Made by a program: the position numbers and the translations under genes
In this document: in pieces, positions 9,352 through 18,198 of the stretch
How the letters are laid out: the number at the start of each line of letters is the position of its first letter
Position numbering within the stretch: the stretch's first letter is position 1
Source: Christensenellales bacterium
GTDB taxonomy: Bacteria > Bacillota > Clostridia > Christensenellales > Aristaeellaceae
Assembly: GCA_050952935.1 (NCBI GenBank)
Contig: JBMNLS010000002.1
Coordinates: 646,988-710,987 of the forward strand
Length of the DNA: 64,000 nt
Direction: 5' to 3'
Notes under the pieces: generated by a model
What the model was told of the DNA's origin: nothing
Seen by the model: only the letters and a program-made list of their open reading frames with translations
The model's database searches: none

Positions 9352-10341
9352 TTAGAATCCCGCCGCTTCGTCAATCGCCCGCAGCTCCTCCTGGGTAAAG
9401 GGGGCGGCCTGCTGGGCTTTGACGCTGTCCTCAATCTGGGAGAGACGGCTGGCGCCCACAATGACTGAAGCGGTGACCGGGTCCTTATGCAGCCAGCTGA
9501 GGGACATCTGGGCCAGGGTTTGTCCCCGGGTCTGGGCGATGGCATTAAGGCGGGTGATTTTAGATAGCATGGTCTGGTCAATTTGTTCCGGGTTGAGGAA
9601 TACGCTGTTGCCGGCGGCCCGGGAATCCGCCGGGATGCCGTTCAGATAGCGATCGGTGAGGAGGCCCTGGGCCAGGGGCGAGAAGGGAATGGCCCCTACG
9701 CCTTTTTCTGCCAGCACCTGATAGAGCCCCTCTTCCGGCTTCCGGTCCAGGATGTTGTAGCGGGGCTGGTGGATGAGGCAGTGGATGCCCATGTCCTGAA
9801 GGAGGTCAATGGCCTGGGCGGCGCGTTCGGGCCCGTAATTGGAGATGCCCACATACAGCGCCTTGCCCTGGCGCACGGCCTGGGCCAGGGCGCCCATGGT
9901 TTCCTCCAAGGGCGTCTCCGGGTCTGGCCGGTGGGCATAGAAAATATCCACATATTCAAGCCCCATGCGCTTGAGGCTTTGATCCAGGCTGGCCAGCATC
10001 TGCTTGCGGCTGCCCCATTCGCCATAAGGCCCTTCCCACATCAGGTAGCCTGATTTGGTAGAGATGATCAGCTCATCCCGGTAGGGGGCCAGGTCTTCCT
10101 TCATGATGCGGCCAAAGGTGATCTCGGCGCTGCCGGGGGTGGGGCCATAGTTGTTGGCCAGGTCAAAATGGGTGATGCCCAGGTCAAAAGCGCCCAGCAC
10201 CATTTCCCGGGAACGATCGTGGGGAAACTGGCTGCCGAAATTGTGCCACAGCCCCAGGGACACATAGGGCAGCTTCAGCCCGCTTCTGCCCACGCGTTTG
10301 TACTGCATCTCCCCATAGCGATTCTTATTGGCTTGATACAT
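9352..10341 (-). CDS. Aldo/keto reductase (YghZ/Gpr, Kv-beta-like subfamily)
   Basis: MQYKRVGRSGLKLPYVSLGLWHNFG N-terminus and AKR motifs throughout. Confidence 0.85.
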   Translation of the reverse strand: MYQANKNRYGEMQYKRVGRSGLKLPYVSLGLWHNFGSQFPHDRSREMVLGAFDLGITHFDLANNYGPTPGSAEITFGRIMKEDLAPYRDELIISTKSGYLMWEGPYGEWGSRKQMLASLDQSLKRMGLEYVDIFYAHRPDPETPLEETMGALAQAVRQGKALYVGISNYGPERAAQAIDLLQDMGIHCLIHQPRYNILDRKPEEGLYQVLAEKGVGAIPFSPLAQGLLTDRYLNGIPADSRAAGNSVFLNPEQIDQTMLSKITRLNAIAQTRGQTLAQMSLSWLHKDPVTASVIVGASRLSQIEDSVKAQQAAPFTQEELRAIDEAAGF

Positions 10342-10459
10342 TTTTCTTACCTCCTTGATTCTTAAAACATGTGATAGACTTTCACTTCATGGCCATTATA
10401 CCCGTTTTGGGGTATAATTCGGTTATAAAACCTGCGCTTGGACGCGGCAAGGAGCAAAG

Positions 10460-11212
10460 ATGAAACTAGTTTCCTGGAATGTCAATGGTTTTCGCGCGGT
10501 GCTGGGCAAGGGCTTTGATGAGGCGTTTATTGCCCAGGACGCTGATATCTTCTGCCTGCAGGAGACGAAGATGAAGGAGGGCCAGGCCAGCTATGACCCG
10601 CCGGGTTACTCTATCTTCTGGCATTCCGCCCACAGGCCGGGCTACTCCGGCACGGCGGTGTTTACCCGTCAGGAGCCCGATCAGGTTCTCTATGGCATTG
10701 ATGATGATCACCTGGATGAGGGGCGTGTGATGACCCTGGCGTATGACCGCTTCTTTTTGGTCAACGCCTATGTGCCCAACGCCCAGCCTGAGCTGAAGCG
10801 TCTGCCCTATCGAATGGCGTTTGAGGATGCCATGCGGGGCTATCTGAATCGCTTGTCGACGCAGAAGCCGGTGATATATTGCGGCGACCTGAATGTGGCC
10901 CATCAGGAAATCGACTTGAAAAACCCCGCTTCCAATCGGTTCAACCCCGGTTTTTCCGATCAGGAGCGGGGGAAAATGACGGAGCTTTTGGCATCGGGCT
11001 TTACCGATACCTTCCGCTACCTCTATCCTGACAAGCGGGACGCCTATTCCTGGTGGAGCTATCGCTTCAATGCCCGGGCCAACAATGCGGGCTGGCGCAT
11101 AGACTATTTTCTGGTGTCCAGCGGGCTGAATGACAAAATAAGGGAAGCCACCATCCAAAGCCAGGTTTATGGTTCCGATCACTGCCCGGTGACGCTGACC
11201 ATCGATATTTAA
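10460..11212 (+). CDS. xth: Exodeoxyribonuclease III
   Basis: MKLVSWNVNGFRAV, CLQETK and GSDHCPV motifs. Confidence 0.9.
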   Translation: MKLVSWNVNGFRAVLGKGFDEAFIAQDADIFCLQETKMKEGQASYDPPGYSIFWHSAHRPGYSGTAVFTRQEPDQVLYGIDDDHLDEGRVMTLAYDRFFLVNAYVPNAQPELKRLPYRMAFEDAMRGYLNRLSTQKPVIYCGDLNVAHQEIDLKNPASNRFNPGFSDQERGKMTELLASGFTDTFRYLYPDKRDAYSWWSYRFNARANNAGWRIDYFLVSSGLNDKIREATIQSQVYGSDHCPVTLTIDI

Positions 11213-11337
11213 GGCCGGATTATTTTGCATAATACGGCAGAATATGATATGCTCTAATGCATGTCCCGATGAGATGGGGAAGGGAACAGCAGGGCAGCGC
11301 CCGGGTTCCCGCGAAAATAGTGTATGAGGTGGAAAAC

Positions 11338-11979
11338 ATGACCAAAACCAAGGATTCTTTGAAAATAAAGATTGTGCCCCGTGAGCCGATGAGCAAGGGC
11401 GGCATCAAGAACCTGCGCAGGGAAGGCTTTTTGCCCGCGTCTATCTCCGCCCGGGGAGAGGAATCTGTGTCCTTCAGCATCAAGCAGGATGAGCTGATGA
11501 AGTCCCTGGCTCAGAATGGCCGCATGTCCGTGTTCAAGCTGACAATGGGCCGCAAGGTGTATAACGCCATGCTCAAAGAGGTGCAGTATGCCCCGGTGAC
11601 CCGTGAGTGCCTCCATGTTACCTTCCAGCATATTTCCCTGGATGAGGAGACCAAGGCCGATGTGACCATCCGGCCCCTGGGAAGGGAAGATGTGCTGTAC
11701 AAAAAGCTCGAGTTCCTTCAGCATCTGGATACTTTGCCGGTGGTGGGCCTGCCCAACGATATTCCCAACGCCATAGAGATTGATGTGTCCCAGATGGAAG
11801 CCGGGGATAACCTGATGGTGGCTGATTTGACGCTTCCGGAGGGCATCACCACGGACATGGAGCCTGACCGGGTGGTTTTCACGGTCAGCCATCCCCGTGC
11901 CCAGGCTGAGGAGGAGACCGCTGAGGAGGGCGCTGATGAAGCTGAGGCTGCTACTGCCGAGGACGCAGACGAAGCCTGA
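11338..11979 (+). CDS. rplY: 50S ribosomal protein L25 / general stress protein Ctc
   Basis: GGIKNLRREGFLPASI motif and an acidic C-terminal tail. Start chosen at MTKTKD behind a GAGGTGG RBS; the ORF track start 11257 is unlikely. Confidence 0.8.
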   Translation: MTKTKDSLKIKIVPREPMSKGGIKNLRREGFLPASISARGEESVSFSIKQDELMKSLAQNGRMSVFKLTMGRKVYNAMLKEVQYAPVTRECLHVTFQHISLDEETKADVTIRPLGREDVLYKKLEFLQHLDTLPVVGLPNDIPNAIEIDVSQMEAGDNLMVADLTLPEGITTDMEPDRVVFTVSHPRAQAEEETAEEGADEAEAATAEDADEA

Positions 11980-12000
11980 TAAAAACAGAATTAATACAAG

Positions 12001-12028
12001 CGAAGCCACTGGGTAACCGGTGGCTTCG
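12001..12028 (+). terminator. Rho-independent terminator after rplY
   Basis: cgaagccac...gtggcttcg 9-bp stem followed by a T-rich tail. Confidence 0.6.
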
Positions 12029-12169
12029 GTCGATTTTCTCCCCTATATTCAGAAGCGCTGCCGGGAAGAAGTGCCGGAACTGAGGGATATGGGCGGCAGG
12101 CACTATGTGGCTTGCCACCAGGTGTGATAGAATAGTGATGTAATTAAATATCCATGAAAGGAAAACGAT

Positions 12170-13537
12170 ATGCTGACAAATCTGGATTATTTTTCTTGTC
12201 CACTGCCTGAGGATGTGGCGCGGCTGGTGGCCGCGGGGGATTATGTTAGGGCAGAGAAGGTGATTGCCCTGAGAATGGCAAGCCCCAAAGTGCCTCAAAT
12301 GGTGAAGGAACGGTTGGGGCTGGAGCTGCGAATGATTGGAGAGCTACCATTCTGCTATCCTTATACCGAGGACGAGATGTTTGCTCTCTTAAAGGAAAAA
12401 GTCAAGGATATTACCCTGGACGAGATGAATGCCCTGCGGGATGACGGCACCCTTGACTGGATATACCGGGATGGCAAGGTGTATTATAAGTCAGATGCCT
12501 ACGACAGCCTCATCAAAACCCGGGTGGACATGAACGAGCGCTTCCTTGACAAGAAAGAGTTGGCCAAGAAGTATGAAAACTTCAGGATGCTGGATGAAGC
12601 CATTGCTGATATGAAGAAAAACGGCGGCAGCCATTACCGCTTCCGCCTGAAGACCACCCTGTCCATCAATCCCAAGGCCCAGCGGCCTGGAGAGATGATT
12701 CGGGTGCATATGACCCTGCCTCTTCAGGGTGGGCAAAGCACCCCCGGGGAAATTATCACAAGCCCCGCCGCCAAGCATATCGCGGCGGTTGATCACCCCC
12801 AGCGCACCGCCTATTTTGAGGAGGTTTATCAGCCGGGAATGACCTTCACATCGGAGTTCACCTATGATATCAGGGCCCCCTACGCAGATCCGAAGCCGGA
12901 AGAAGTGTCGGCAGAGCAGCCCGACTTTGATACCGGGGAGGCCTTGCCCCAAATCCAGTTCACCCCCTTTATCAAGGCCCTAGTGAAGGAACTGGTGGGG
13001 GAAGAGACCAACCCCCTGGTGAAGGCGCGGCGTTTTTATGACTACATCACCACCCAGTGCTGTTACCGCTATGTGCCCCCTTATTTCACCAAGACCAACA
13101 TCCCCGAGTACTTTGGCATCGGCCAAAGGGGGGACTGCGGTATGCACGCGCTGCTGTTTATCACGTTGTGTCGCTGCGCGGGCATCCCGGCCCAGTGGCA
13201 GGCGGGGCTGTATACCCGACCCGGGTCAGTCGGCTGCCATGACTGGGCCAGGTTCTACATCGCGCCCTATGGCTGGCTGTACTGCGATGCCTCCTTTGGC
13301 GGCGCTGCCTATCGGGAGGGACACCTTGAGCGCTGGAACTTTTTCTTTGCCAACCTGGAGCCCTTCCGCATGGTGGCAAACAGTGATATCCAGCAGGATT
13401 TTGACCCGCCCTTTCCCTTCCTGCGCGCGGATCCTTATGACAACCAGGATGGCGAGGTGTGCTATGCGGACAGGGGATTGCGGCGTGGCGAGTTTCATGT
13501 AAAACGGGAGATGCTCTCCTGGGAAAAGATTGTGTGA
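12170..13537 (+). CDS. Transglutaminase-like cysteine protease-fold protein
   Basis: GDCGMHALLFITLCRCAGIPAQW ... CHDWARFY ... YCDASFG gives a Cys-His-Asp triad context. Confidence 0.75.
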   Translation: MLTNLDYFSCPLPEDVARLVAAGDYVRAEKVIALRMASPKVPQMVKERLGLELRMIGELPFCYPYTEDEMFALLKEKVKDITLDEMNALRDDGTLDWIYRDGKVYYKSDAYDSLIKTRVDMNERFLDKKELAKKYENFRMLDEAIADMKKNGGSHYRFRLKTTLSINPKAQRPGEMIRVHMTLPLQGGQSTPGEIITSPAAKHIAAVDHPQRTAYFEEVYQPGMTFTSEFTYDIRAPYADPKPEEVSAEQPDFDTGEALPQIQFTPFIKALVKELVGEETNPLVKARRFYDYITTQCCYRYVPPYFTKTNIPEYFGIGQRGDCGMHALLFITLCRCAGIPAQWQAGLYTRPGSVGCHDWARFYIAPYGWLYCDASFGGAAYREGHLERWNFFFANLEPFRMVANSDIQQDFDPPFPFLRADPYDNQDGEVCYADRGLRRGEFHVKREMLSWEKIV

Positions 13538-13547
13538 GGGAAAAAAC

Positions 13548-14609
13548 ATGACCGAAAACATAAAAAAGCTGGAAGCCTTGGCTCAGGCCAAGCCCCGTGC
13601 CAACCTGGGCTTTTACCCAACGCCCTTTTATAAGCTGGAGAATCTGTCCAAGGAGTTAAAAATAGAGCTGTATATCAAGCGGGATGATTTTTCCGGCATG
13701 AGCCTGTTTGGCGGCAACAAAATCAGGAAGCTGGAATATCTGATGGGTGACGCTGTGGCCAAGGGCTGTGACACCGTCATCACCTACGGCGCCACCCAGT
13801 CCAATCACGCCATGCAGACAGCCACGGCATGCAGGCGGCTGGGGTTGAATCCTGTCTTGTATCTGAATGCCTATGTGGAGCCGGATGACAATGACATCCG
13901 CTCCAACATGCTTTTGGACCGTATCCTGGGCGCTGAAATCCATGTGATCAAAAGCGCTCCCGGTGAGACGGAAGCCCAGACGGAGGCGCGCTGCTTTGAA
14001 ATGGGCAAAGCCCATGCAAAGAAGCTCGAGCAGGAAGGACACCGCTGCTATGACGTGCCGCTGGGCGGCGCGAGCCCGGTTGGTTCTGCCGCCTTTGCCG
14101 GGGGTTATGGGGAGATGATCGCCCAAAGCCTCAAGTTTGGCATTCTGCCTGAATATGTCTTTAGCGCGACTGGCACCGGGGGCACCTTGGGCGGCATGAT
14201 GGCGGGGCACCATATTTTGGGGGATAAAGCGCAATTGGTGGGTGTTGCTGTGAGCAAAAAATCGCCTGAATATGAATCCCACTGCGCGGAACTATGCAAC
14301 GCCTCTTTGGCCTGGCTGGGAAGCCCGGTGAGGGTAAAGGCTGATGATTTTACCATTGACCGGGATCATGTTGGGCTTGGCTATGAGCGGCCAACGGAAG
14401 AGGCCTCCGATGCCATCCAGCTGCTGGCCAGAACAGAAGGGTTGATGCTTGATCCGGTTTATACCGGCAAAGCTTTTGCGGGGCTTTTGGGCTGGGTGCG
14501 CTCCGGCAAGATCAAGCCGGGCAGCACGGTGGTGTTCTGGCACACCGGCGGCGCCACGGCGCTGTTTGCGGAGCGGGAGATCATCGGTTCCGTGGCTCAG
14601 GAAAAGTGA
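13548..14609 (+). CDS. D-cysteine desulfhydrase / ACC deaminase family PLP enzyme
   Basis: GGNKIRKLEYL motif. Start chosen at MTENIKK, leaving a 10-nt gap after the upstream stop codon (13535-13537); the ORF-track start 13530 would overlap it by 8 nt. Confidence 0.8.
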   Translation: MTENIKKLEALAQAKPRANLGFYPTPFYKLENLSKELKIELYIKRDDFSGMSLFGGNKIRKLEYLMGDAVAKGCDTVITYGATQSNHAMQTATACRRLGLNPVLYLNAYVEPDDNDIRSNMLLDRILGAEIHVIKSAPGETEAQTEARCFEMGKAHAKKLEQEGHRCYDVPLGGASPVGSAAFAGGYGEMIAQSLKFGILPEYVFSATGTGGTLGGMMAGHHILGDKAQLVGVAVSKKSPEYESHCAELCNASLAWLGSPVRVKADDFTIDRDHVGLGYERPTEEASDAIQLLARTEGLMLDPVYTGKAFAGLLGWVRSGKIKPGSTVVFWHTGGATALFAEREIIGSVAQEK

Positions 14610-14636
14610 GCGTTTATAACCTAACCTTATAAGCAC

Positions 14637-14663
14637 AAAAAAGTGTCCGCCGGACACTTTTTT
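14637..14663. terminator. Bidirectional terminator
   Basis: aaaaaagtgtc / gacactttttt stem with A- and T-runs on both sides, between convergent genes. Confidence 0.7.
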
Positions 14664-14683
14664 GCTTAGGAAGATATGAGTTG

Positions 14684-15199
14684 TTATTCGCCCAGCTCGG
14701 ATTCCAGAATATCGTTCTGATCCTGGAGCATGGACTGGAAGCGGCGCTTGAACTTTTGCGCTTCTTCTTTCAATGCCTCGATTTCAAGGCGCAGCTTATC
14801 CTTCTGCTTTTCAAGGTCTTCGATTTCAGGGTCGGGCAGGCTGTCCTCAGCCTCTTTGATCAGGCTTTCAGCGCGCTTTTTGGCGTCCGCGATGGTTTCA
14901 TCACAGATTTTCTGGGTTTTGTCCAGCAGCTGCTTGGCGGCTTCCAAGTCGCTGGGCGCTTCCGGCTCCTTAAGGCCGACAGGGGAGAGGGGAGCGACCG
15001 GGGGCGCCGCAGCAGGCATAAAGGGCATGGGGGACTGCTGCGCCTGCTTGAGCTGATCGCGCAATTGCTGAATGGTCTGGTTCATGCTTTCCATCTCATC
15101 GCAGATGGCATCCAGGAACTCATCCACCTCCAGCGGATCGTAGCCGCGAACCTTGGTTTTAAATTCCTTTTCCTCAATCATCGTGATGGTGATCGCCAT
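14684..15199 (-). CDS. divIVA: DivIVA domain protein
   Basis: KEFKTKVRGYDPLEVDEFLD motif followed by coiled coil. ATG at 15199 is correctly spaced from the GGGAGA RBS. Confidence 0.85.
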   Translation of the reverse strand: MAITITMIEEKEFKTKVRGYDPLEVDEFLDAICDEMESMNQTIQQLRDQLKQAQQSPMPFMPAAAPPVAPLSPVGLKEPEAPSDLEAAKQLLDKTQKICDETIADAKKRAESLIKEAEDSLPDPEIEDLEKQKDKLRLEIEALKEEAQKFKRRFQSMLQDQNDILESELGE

Positions 15200-15226
15200 G
15201 GTCATTCTCCCTTCAACACATTTTGG

Positions 15227-16165
15227 TTATTGTGCGTAGCGGCTGCTTTCGTAGCCCGCGTTATCATAATTCTGAGGAGGGGCATAAGGGGGGCTTTGCT
15301 GGGCGAAGGTTGGGGGCTGATAGCTGCCCGTCTGCGGGTTTTGATAGTAATTTGGCTGCTGCACAGGGGCATACTGTGGCTGTGTTGCGCCATAAACGGC
15401 AGCCTGTGCGGGCCTGGGCTGGGCATTGGCGCTGGCGGTGACCGGATCGGTATAGACCATCATGCCGCTGGGCGCCAGAATATAAAAGCCCACTTTAAGG
15501 GACAGCCTGGTCATGGTGCCGCCAAGGGCAAAGCAGGCGCCGTTGAGCATGTCCACATAGCGGCGCACCTCAGCCTTGTCCACCAGCTGATCCATCACCA
15601 CCAGGGTGCACTGCCCTTTGCGCAGGCAGGTCATGGCCTGGCGGCAACCATTGATGTTGGTGATGTTGACCACATAGGCGTCCATCTGCCGGGGTTCCGC
15701 AGCCTCAGGGATGGGAGCGCCGGGGAAAGGCACCACATTGCTCTCAGGCTGTGGCTCCATCGCCTGCTGAAGCTGGGCCTGCTGAGGTGAAGCAAACCCG
15801 CGGGCGGGCTGCTGCTGAGGCGGGGGATAGGCCTGCTGGGGCGGCGCTTGATACTGATAAGGCGGTGGTGCGTAAGGGTCAGCCTGGGGCGGCTGGTAAA
15901 CCGTTTGCTGCGGCTGATAGGCGTAGGGATTGGATTGGTAGCCAGGCTGGGCATAGGGGGGCTGCTGCTCCTGGTAGGGGGGAGCATAGCCGCCCTGCTG
16001 CTGATAGGCATTGGGATAAACACCCTGCTGGGGAGCCTGTTCATTAGCAGCCTGGGCAGCCTGCCGGGCTTCCTGCTCGGCGGTGCCGTAAAAAAAGCTG
16101 TTGTCCCTGCTGAATACAGATCTGAATTTGTCCCCTGCACGGCCCAACACGCTGCGAAAATCCAT
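15227..16165 (-). CDS. sepF: Cell division protein SepF with long Q/P/Y-rich extensions
   Basis: Core VVNITNINGCRQAMTCLRKGQCTLVVMDQLVDKAEVRRYVDMLNGACFALGGTMTRL matches SepF (DUF552), flanked by low-complexity PQY repeats. Confidence 0.75.
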   Translation of the reverse strand: MDFRSVLGRAGDKFRSVFSRDNSFFYGTAEQEARQAAQAANEQAPQQGVYPNAYQQQGGYAPPYQEQQPPYAQPGYQSNPYAYQPQQTVYQPPQADPYAPPPYQYQAPPQQAYPPPQQQPARGFASPQQAQLQQAMEPQPESNVVPFPGAPIPEAAEPRQMDAYVVNITNINGCRQAMTCLRKGQCTLVVMDQLVDKAEVRRYVDMLNGACFALGGTMTRLSLKVGFYILAPSGMMVYTDPVTASANAQPRPAQAAVYGATQPQYAPVQQPNYYQNPQTGSYQPPTFAQQSPPYAPPQNYDNAGYESSRYAQ

Positions 16166-16279
16166 CCAATATCCTCCTTAGGCTTGCTGTCCGGTGCGAA
16201 GCTTCCTAAAAGCATACCATGTTTCGCCTATTATAGCGAAACTCACCTGGCTGTGCAAGCATTTATGCGATTTAGGGGG

Positions 16280-17836
16280 CTAAAAGAGCCTCACGGTAAG
16301 CCCTTCATACAGGTGGCCGGCATTTACCGGTACCACATGGGCCTGGGTGGCGTCCTGGCTGATGACTTCCACCGGCACCAGATAAGGCCCCTCCAGGTAC
16401 TGAACCACCACGCCGATGACCCCCTCCTGATTGATGAGGGCGGAGGAAGGCACGGAATAGGTGATGACGGACTTGGACAGCTGCACCCGGGCGGAGCGGA
16501 TATAGAGGATCGGCTCAATGGGCGTATCCGCCTTCAGACGAACCAGAAGATCACCGCCGGATTTGGTGATGGAAGCGATGGTGACTGGTACCTTGGTGTT
16601 CTCAAAGCTCTCAATGAGCATCTGATATTCATCACCCACCACCGGGTTCCAGCTGGTGTCATCCGCCAGCATCAGGGCGCCCCAGTCGTACTGGCGTACC
16701 AGACGGTAAATGTCCATGGCGTTTTTGGGGCGCTGATAGCTTTCGGGCACTTTGCCGGCAAACATATCCAGCACCGCCTGGGGGGTGTAAAGATCCACAT
16801 TGGCAGGGCTTAGCGCCGCTTCAAGCCCGTCAGTATAGAAGCTGACGATGCCATTGTCAGAGGCGGCGAACTGCTTGGTCCAGGTCTCAATGCGCTGGAG
16901 CTGGTTGTTTTCGTTATCATAAAGGCGGGTCAGCTTGGTATCTTCCACATACTTTTGTTTCAGATAGCTATGGCGCTGGGAGATGGCCTCTTTAAGCAGC
17001 AGCTCCTGGTTCAAAAGGTTGCCCTGGGCGCCGCGAACCAGCGCCTGGGCTTCCTGCGCCCGTTCAGAGACGGTGGTTTCCAGACGCTGCAGCTGGGTGT
17101 CCGGCACATTGGCTGTGCTTAACAGCACCTGATGATAATCTTTAATCTGGGTGCGGTAGGTTTTAAGCAGCGTCAGCTCCTTGGGTGAAAAACCGGCGGT
17201 GTACACCGTGCAGATGGGGTCGCCCCGGTTGACGGCAGCGCCTTCTTCAGCCGTGTATTTGACGCTTGACACATTTTCCTGCTGGAAGACGGACTCATTG
17301 CGCACCAGGAGGGCATTGCCCGAATAGATGGCGCCTTGCTCTGAAATGGTGACCTTGGCGACGCGCTGCTGCTGATCGGTAAACATCTGGCTGACGGCAG
17401 TGGCAATCAGTACCACCACCAAAAGCCCCAGGCCGACATACAGCCAGGTGAGGGCGCTGCGGCGTTTGGGCGGCGCCTGGTAGACCATCCGGTCATCCGG
17501 CGACTCAAATCCGGGCGGCGGAGGCGGAGCCTCCCCCTGGGGAGGGCCCTGATACACAGGTCCCTGATAGGGGGGCGGAGCGATGCCCGGGCCAGGCACA
17601 GGGTTTTGAGGCATTGACCGATTGGGGTATGCGGGCGTGAAAAAACCGTCCGGATCTGGCGGCGCTGAATAGCCGCCCGGCTGGGGCTGCTGGACAGCCT
17701 GCTCCTGCGGCCAATCACTCTGAAGCTGTTCAGGCGGATAGCCCTCCTGAGGCGGCTTTTGGGCATAAGCCCACTGGGGATCCTGCCCGCTTTGGGGCGG
17801 ATGGCCATCTTGTGCTTGCCAGGGCTGTTGGGACAT
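16280..17836 (-). CDS. HlyD-like membrane-fusion-fold protein with a Pro/Gln-rich cytoplasmic N-terminus
   Basis: About 125 aa of P/Q-rich sequence, one TM helix (LTWLYVGLGLLVVVLIATAV), then a lipoyl-like barrel plus coiled coil typical of the HlyD family. Confidence 0.55.
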   Translation of the reverse strand: MSQQPWQAQDGHPPQSGQDPQWAYAQKPPQEGYPPEQLQSDWPQEQAVQQPQPGGYSAPPDPDGFFTPAYPNRSMPQNPVPGPGIAPPPYQGPVYQGPPQGEAPPPPPGFESPDDRMVYQAPPKRRSALTWLYVGLGLLVVVLIATAVSQMFTDQQQRVAKVTISEQGAIYSGNALLVRNESVFQQENVSSVKYTAEEGAAVNRGDPICTVYTAGFSPKELTLLKTYRTQIKDYHQVLLSTANVPDTQLQRLETTVSERAQEAQALVRGAQGNLLNQELLLKEAISQRHSYLKQKYVEDTKLTRLYDNENNQLQRIETWTKQFAASDNGIVSFYTDGLEAALSPANVDLYTPQAVLDMFAGKVPESYQRPKNAMDIYRLVRQYDWGALMLADDTSWNPVVGDEYQMLIESFENTKVPVTIASITKSGGDLLVRLKADTPIEPILYIRSARVQLSKSVITYSVPSSALINQEGVIGVVVQYLEGPYLVPVEVISQDATQAHVVPVNAGHLYEGLTVRLF

Positions 17837-17948
17837 GGTTCCTCCGATTTCCGCTTAATCGCTGTACAGGATACCGCGAACGGCGGGGATTGTAAAGTGA
17901 AGGAACGACTTTCGAATGATGTAGAAACTCGAGATTATGCGCAGGATA

Positions 17949-17977
17949 TTGACAAACGGGAAAAGCAAAGATATTAT
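17949..17977 (+). promoter_or_regulatory. Sigma-A-type promoter
   Basis: TTGACA (17949-54), 17 nt spacer, TATTAT (17972-77). Confidence 0.6.
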
Positions 17978-17984
17978 TTGGACA

Positions 17985-18195
17985 AACGCTGATGAGGAAG
18001 AGTAGGAAGGGAGCCCCTCAGAGAGAAAGACAGCCGGTGAAAGTCTTTTGGGAAGTGAGCTTCTGAAAACCACCTCGGAGTGTTCGGCTGAATGGGGTAG
18101 GCCGGGACGTCTGGCCGCGTTAAGGCTGATTTGTCCACATGGTGGAATAGCGAGTGCGCTCGTTCGTAATGGATGGGTGCTTTTTTGTAGGAGGG
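17985..18195 (+). promoter_or_regulatory. T-box-like leader, candidate Thr (ACC) specifier
   Basis: TGATGA..AGTA GA-motif (17990-18004), AGAGAG (18020-25), GAAA-ACC-A (ACC at 18069-71), CGTTA F-box-like (18118-22), GGTGGAATAGCGAG T-box-like (18141-54), T6 run (18181-86) just before the RBS. Confidence 0.45.
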
Positions 18196-18198
18196 ATA

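Noticed and set aside
14681-15790. Long + strand ORF (369 aa) antisense to divIVA and sepF. Similar long antisense ORFs occur at 4492-5286, 10466-11230, 11254-12009, 21746-22906, 52349-53095 and 55391-56725.
   Set aside because: They lie opposite genes with clear family motifs, have Arg/Gly/His/Leu-rich composition typical of GC-rich antisense frames, and lack RBSs. I treat them as artefacts.
17985-18195. Lysine riboswitch (L-box) as an alternative identity for the aspartate kinase leader.
   Set aside because: Aspartate kinase is a classic L-box target and the GA motif occurs in both classes. However, the GGTGGAA..GCG element, the CGTTA element and a codon-like ACC-A fit a T-box better. This is not fully excluded and needs Infernal.
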